Positions 6,866 through 9,014 of a stretch of 9,014 nt of DNA are shown piece by piece (the first letter of the stretch is position 1; each line of letters starts with the position of its first letter). The position numbers were made by a program, and so were the translations under genes. The notes under the pieces were generated by a model that did no database searches, had not been told where the DNA came from, and was given only the letters and a program-made list of their open reading frames with translations. This stretch comes from Octopus sinensis (Eukaryota): contig NW_021828110.1 of assembly GCF_006345805.1 (NCBI RefSeq), forward strand, positions 1-9,014. Reading direction: 5' to 3'.

Positions 6866-8025
6866 CATAGGCCAACAGAGGACATTTTTTTCTCTCTTGT
6901 CAAAACATTTCAACATGAATTAGTGTTTTATTTGACAGAATTTGAAAAGGACACTCATTTATTACTATCACCATGATTTTAAGGATTTTAAAGCATTATT
7001 TTTTTTTCTATAAAACAGCTCATGAGAAACAAGACATAACGTAAAACTTATGCGACTGTGGAGATTTATGTACAGATTTATGCTGTTATTTGCTACCAAC
7101 TTTTGAAAGTTCTCCAGCGTGTTGTCAACTATTTCGGTGTAGTTGGCTGCGTTCTTGTTGCCTAGAAAGTAATTTATGACTATTACAAATTAATTTCTTG
7201 CTGCTGCCTCAATGAAAATTATTGAATTTACGACGTTCCCATCTTACATCAATTTTCTGACTTGAGGCCCATTAACTGCTTAAGCTTTTATCACTTGATT
7301 GCTCTGATCAGGAAATGTGCTGCAGATATGACGTGGTATCGAAAGGTTCTCGGACTAGTTATATTTAATAAAAAAAATAATTTATTTATTTACGTTTTAA
7401 CATCATGTTCTTTGAAATAGTCGCCCTGCACAGCAATACACCGGCCCCAGCATTTCCTGCCACTTTTGGAATCCGGCTTGGAAGACGTTTTCTGTGTGCG
7501 AGTCGAGAACCTTTTGCGCTTTGCTCTGGATCTCAACAACTGTGTTAAAACGGCGATCTTCGAGCTGTATTTTCCAGTTGGGGAAGAGATGGAAGTCCGC
7601 ATACTGAGAGCATGATCTATCTTTATCCCGTGCTATAACAAACTGCTTCATAATACCAAGTTCGATATGAAGTGGAGGTAGGATGATTCTTTTTCCCGGT
7701 TGAACGAAAGGCTCTTCAACCACATTGAAAGAACTTAGAATTAATACCCGCTGTGGCAATTCATTGATCACCCAATGTATTTTGCCTGGCTTTGCTGTCC
7801 CACAAGCATAAAAAGCATGGCTATTTAGTGCTGCATTGCAACTCCAGTCAAATAATTTACCATCTTAAAGACCGCATATATCACCCACTGATGCTTGTGG
7901 AGTTTAAGTACCTTAAAAATCTAGACGTGATGGTAAAAAATGGTTTCCATTCTTGGATTTAGCATATAAAAGAACCTTCAAATCAGGTAAAAAAGTGCTG
8001 ATAAAAAAATAGCTGTTGTATAATG
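6866..8025 (-). mobile_element. Internally deleted Chapaev3-like (CMC) DNA transposon relic, interrupted by mariner
   Basis: Minus-strand translations across frameshifts: HQWVIYAVFKMVNYLTG, TK*PCFLCLWDSKA, NVVEEPFVQ..IILPPLHIELGIMKQFV..DKD (7910-7601); then, beyond the mariner, ICSTFP..NGPQVRKLM..EAAA..FLGNKNAANY..VDNTLENFQKL..SINL..LHS (7326-7050). These match the PCFLCxWDSRA / LPPLHIKLGLMKQFVKA / GPQIR / FLGN / LHSH family, which I recall as Chapaev3. Degenerate termini: cataggccaacag (6866+) versus cattatacaacag (8025-). Confidence 0.72.
7329..7601 (-). mobile_element. Mariner transposon 3' remnant (transposase C-terminus plus one TIR)
   Basis: ADFHLFPNWKIQLEDRRFNTVVEIQ...FQAGFQKWQE, then frameshifted WGRCIAVQGDYF, match the mariner C-terminal motifs P(S/A)DFxLF and WxxCIxxxGxYF. 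TIR-like end ta|tgacgtggtatcgaaaggttctcggactag at 7327-7358 with a terminal TA. Confidence 0.85.
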
Positions 8026-8170
8026 TAATAGGATACAGTTTCGAACATGCTTAAAAATGAACCTTATATATATCTATATGTATGTACACATTAACACTCA
8101 CGCACACCCACACATTTATCTTAGCATGTAAATACAGAGTAAAAAAGAATTCCTTTTAACAGAAAAGTTT

Positions 8171-8240
8171 GAGACCGTCCTAGGACTGCGAACCCACAGC
8201 TCCTATGGAGATAGAAGGCGTTCTACTATTGCACCAAAGC
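8171..8240 (-). mobile_element. Degenerate tRNA-like SINE head
   Basis: Minus strand tggtgcaatagtag (A-box-like) and gtgggttcgcagtcc (B-box-like). No intact cloverleaf and no recognisable body. Confidence 0.45.
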
Positions 8241-8442
8241 AATCAGCTGAAATTTTCTGTACCACTTTGCAAACGTATATTTACCGACGAAACTGCATGT
8301 TCTTCACTATATCAAACTTTAGAAAGTTCATGAGAATGTGAACTGAATATTTTTTGGACTAGTGGATCTCGAAGCAAAAAAAGGTATAAATAATAGCGTG
8401 TAAATATTGAGGTGAAAATCCCTTTGGATACAAAAACTCACA

Positions 8443-8499
8443 GGCTACCTACGGAACTCGAACCCACAATCGAACATTTAGAGGCTATCACTTATAGCT
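8443..8499 (-). mobile_element. Degenerate tRNA-like fragment (SINE head or tRNA pseudogene)
   Basis: Minus strand gatagcctctaaatgttcgattgtgggttcgagttcc contains a good T-arm/B-box (GGTTCGAGTTCC). The D-arm region is truncated. Confidence 0.45.
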
Positions 8500-8689
8500 T
8501 TATCTGCTTCGAGGTTCATTGCTCCCAAAATAATTATTTTATGATCTTACGGAGTTTACACCCCCCACACACTCTCACACATATATGTATGTATATAGAT
8601 AATATTACATAAGTATTATATATATATATCGACGTACATTGATATAGACACATATGTATGTGAATATAGACATATGCTCTTTCATTTAC

Positions 8690-8912
8690 ACCTAAATACG
8701 TATACAAACACAACACACAACACACACATACAAACACACACATACATGCACACACACATACACTCCATACATATAACAAACGTGCATACGCTTACAAATA
8801 TATACACACATATATGTATATGTATATACATACGTACATGATATCCTGACGTATTTTATTCCGAAGTATTATATATCCATATATACATATCTATACATAT
8901 ATACATACCTAC

Positions 8913-8999
<87 letters not shown>

Positions 9000-9014
9000 A
9001 TGTGTATACATAAC
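8690..9014. repeat. Compound low-complexity region: (CA), (TACA), (TA), (TG)
   Basis: Read directly; long (TA)n at about 8926-8982 followed by (TG)n. Explains ORF 8534-8779. Confidence 0.93.

Noticed and set aside
8171-8499. Functional tRNA genes
   Set aside because: Neither segment forms a full cloverleaf with a paired acceptor stem; treated as SINE heads or pseudogene fragments.

Overview
AT-rich, microsatellite-dense eukaryotic non-coding DNA with no supportable host protein-coding gene. The repeat families resemble those I recall from octopus genomes; this taxon call is inference, not a database result. Contents: about eight tRNA-derived SINE copies or fragments; two diverged copies of an unclassified ~450-540 bp element bounded by (ATT)n tracts; a decayed 3' end of an RTE-clade LINE; an internally deleted Chapaev3-like DNA transposon with a one-ended mariner remnant nested in it; and two fold-back structures embedded in (TA)n. 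The best signal is at 6733-6783 (+), where all catalytic-core residues and three stems of a type I hammerhead ribozyme can be read. It lies in one arm of a perfect 53-bp inverted repeat and looks like a Penelope-like pseudo-LTR. Most listed ORFs are microsatellite or repeat artefacts. Two carry real but dead TE protein fragments (3549-3806 RTE; 7403-7771 Chapaev/mariner chimera). Family assignments come from remembered protein and DNA motifs and need Dfam/Repbase/Rfam confirmation.
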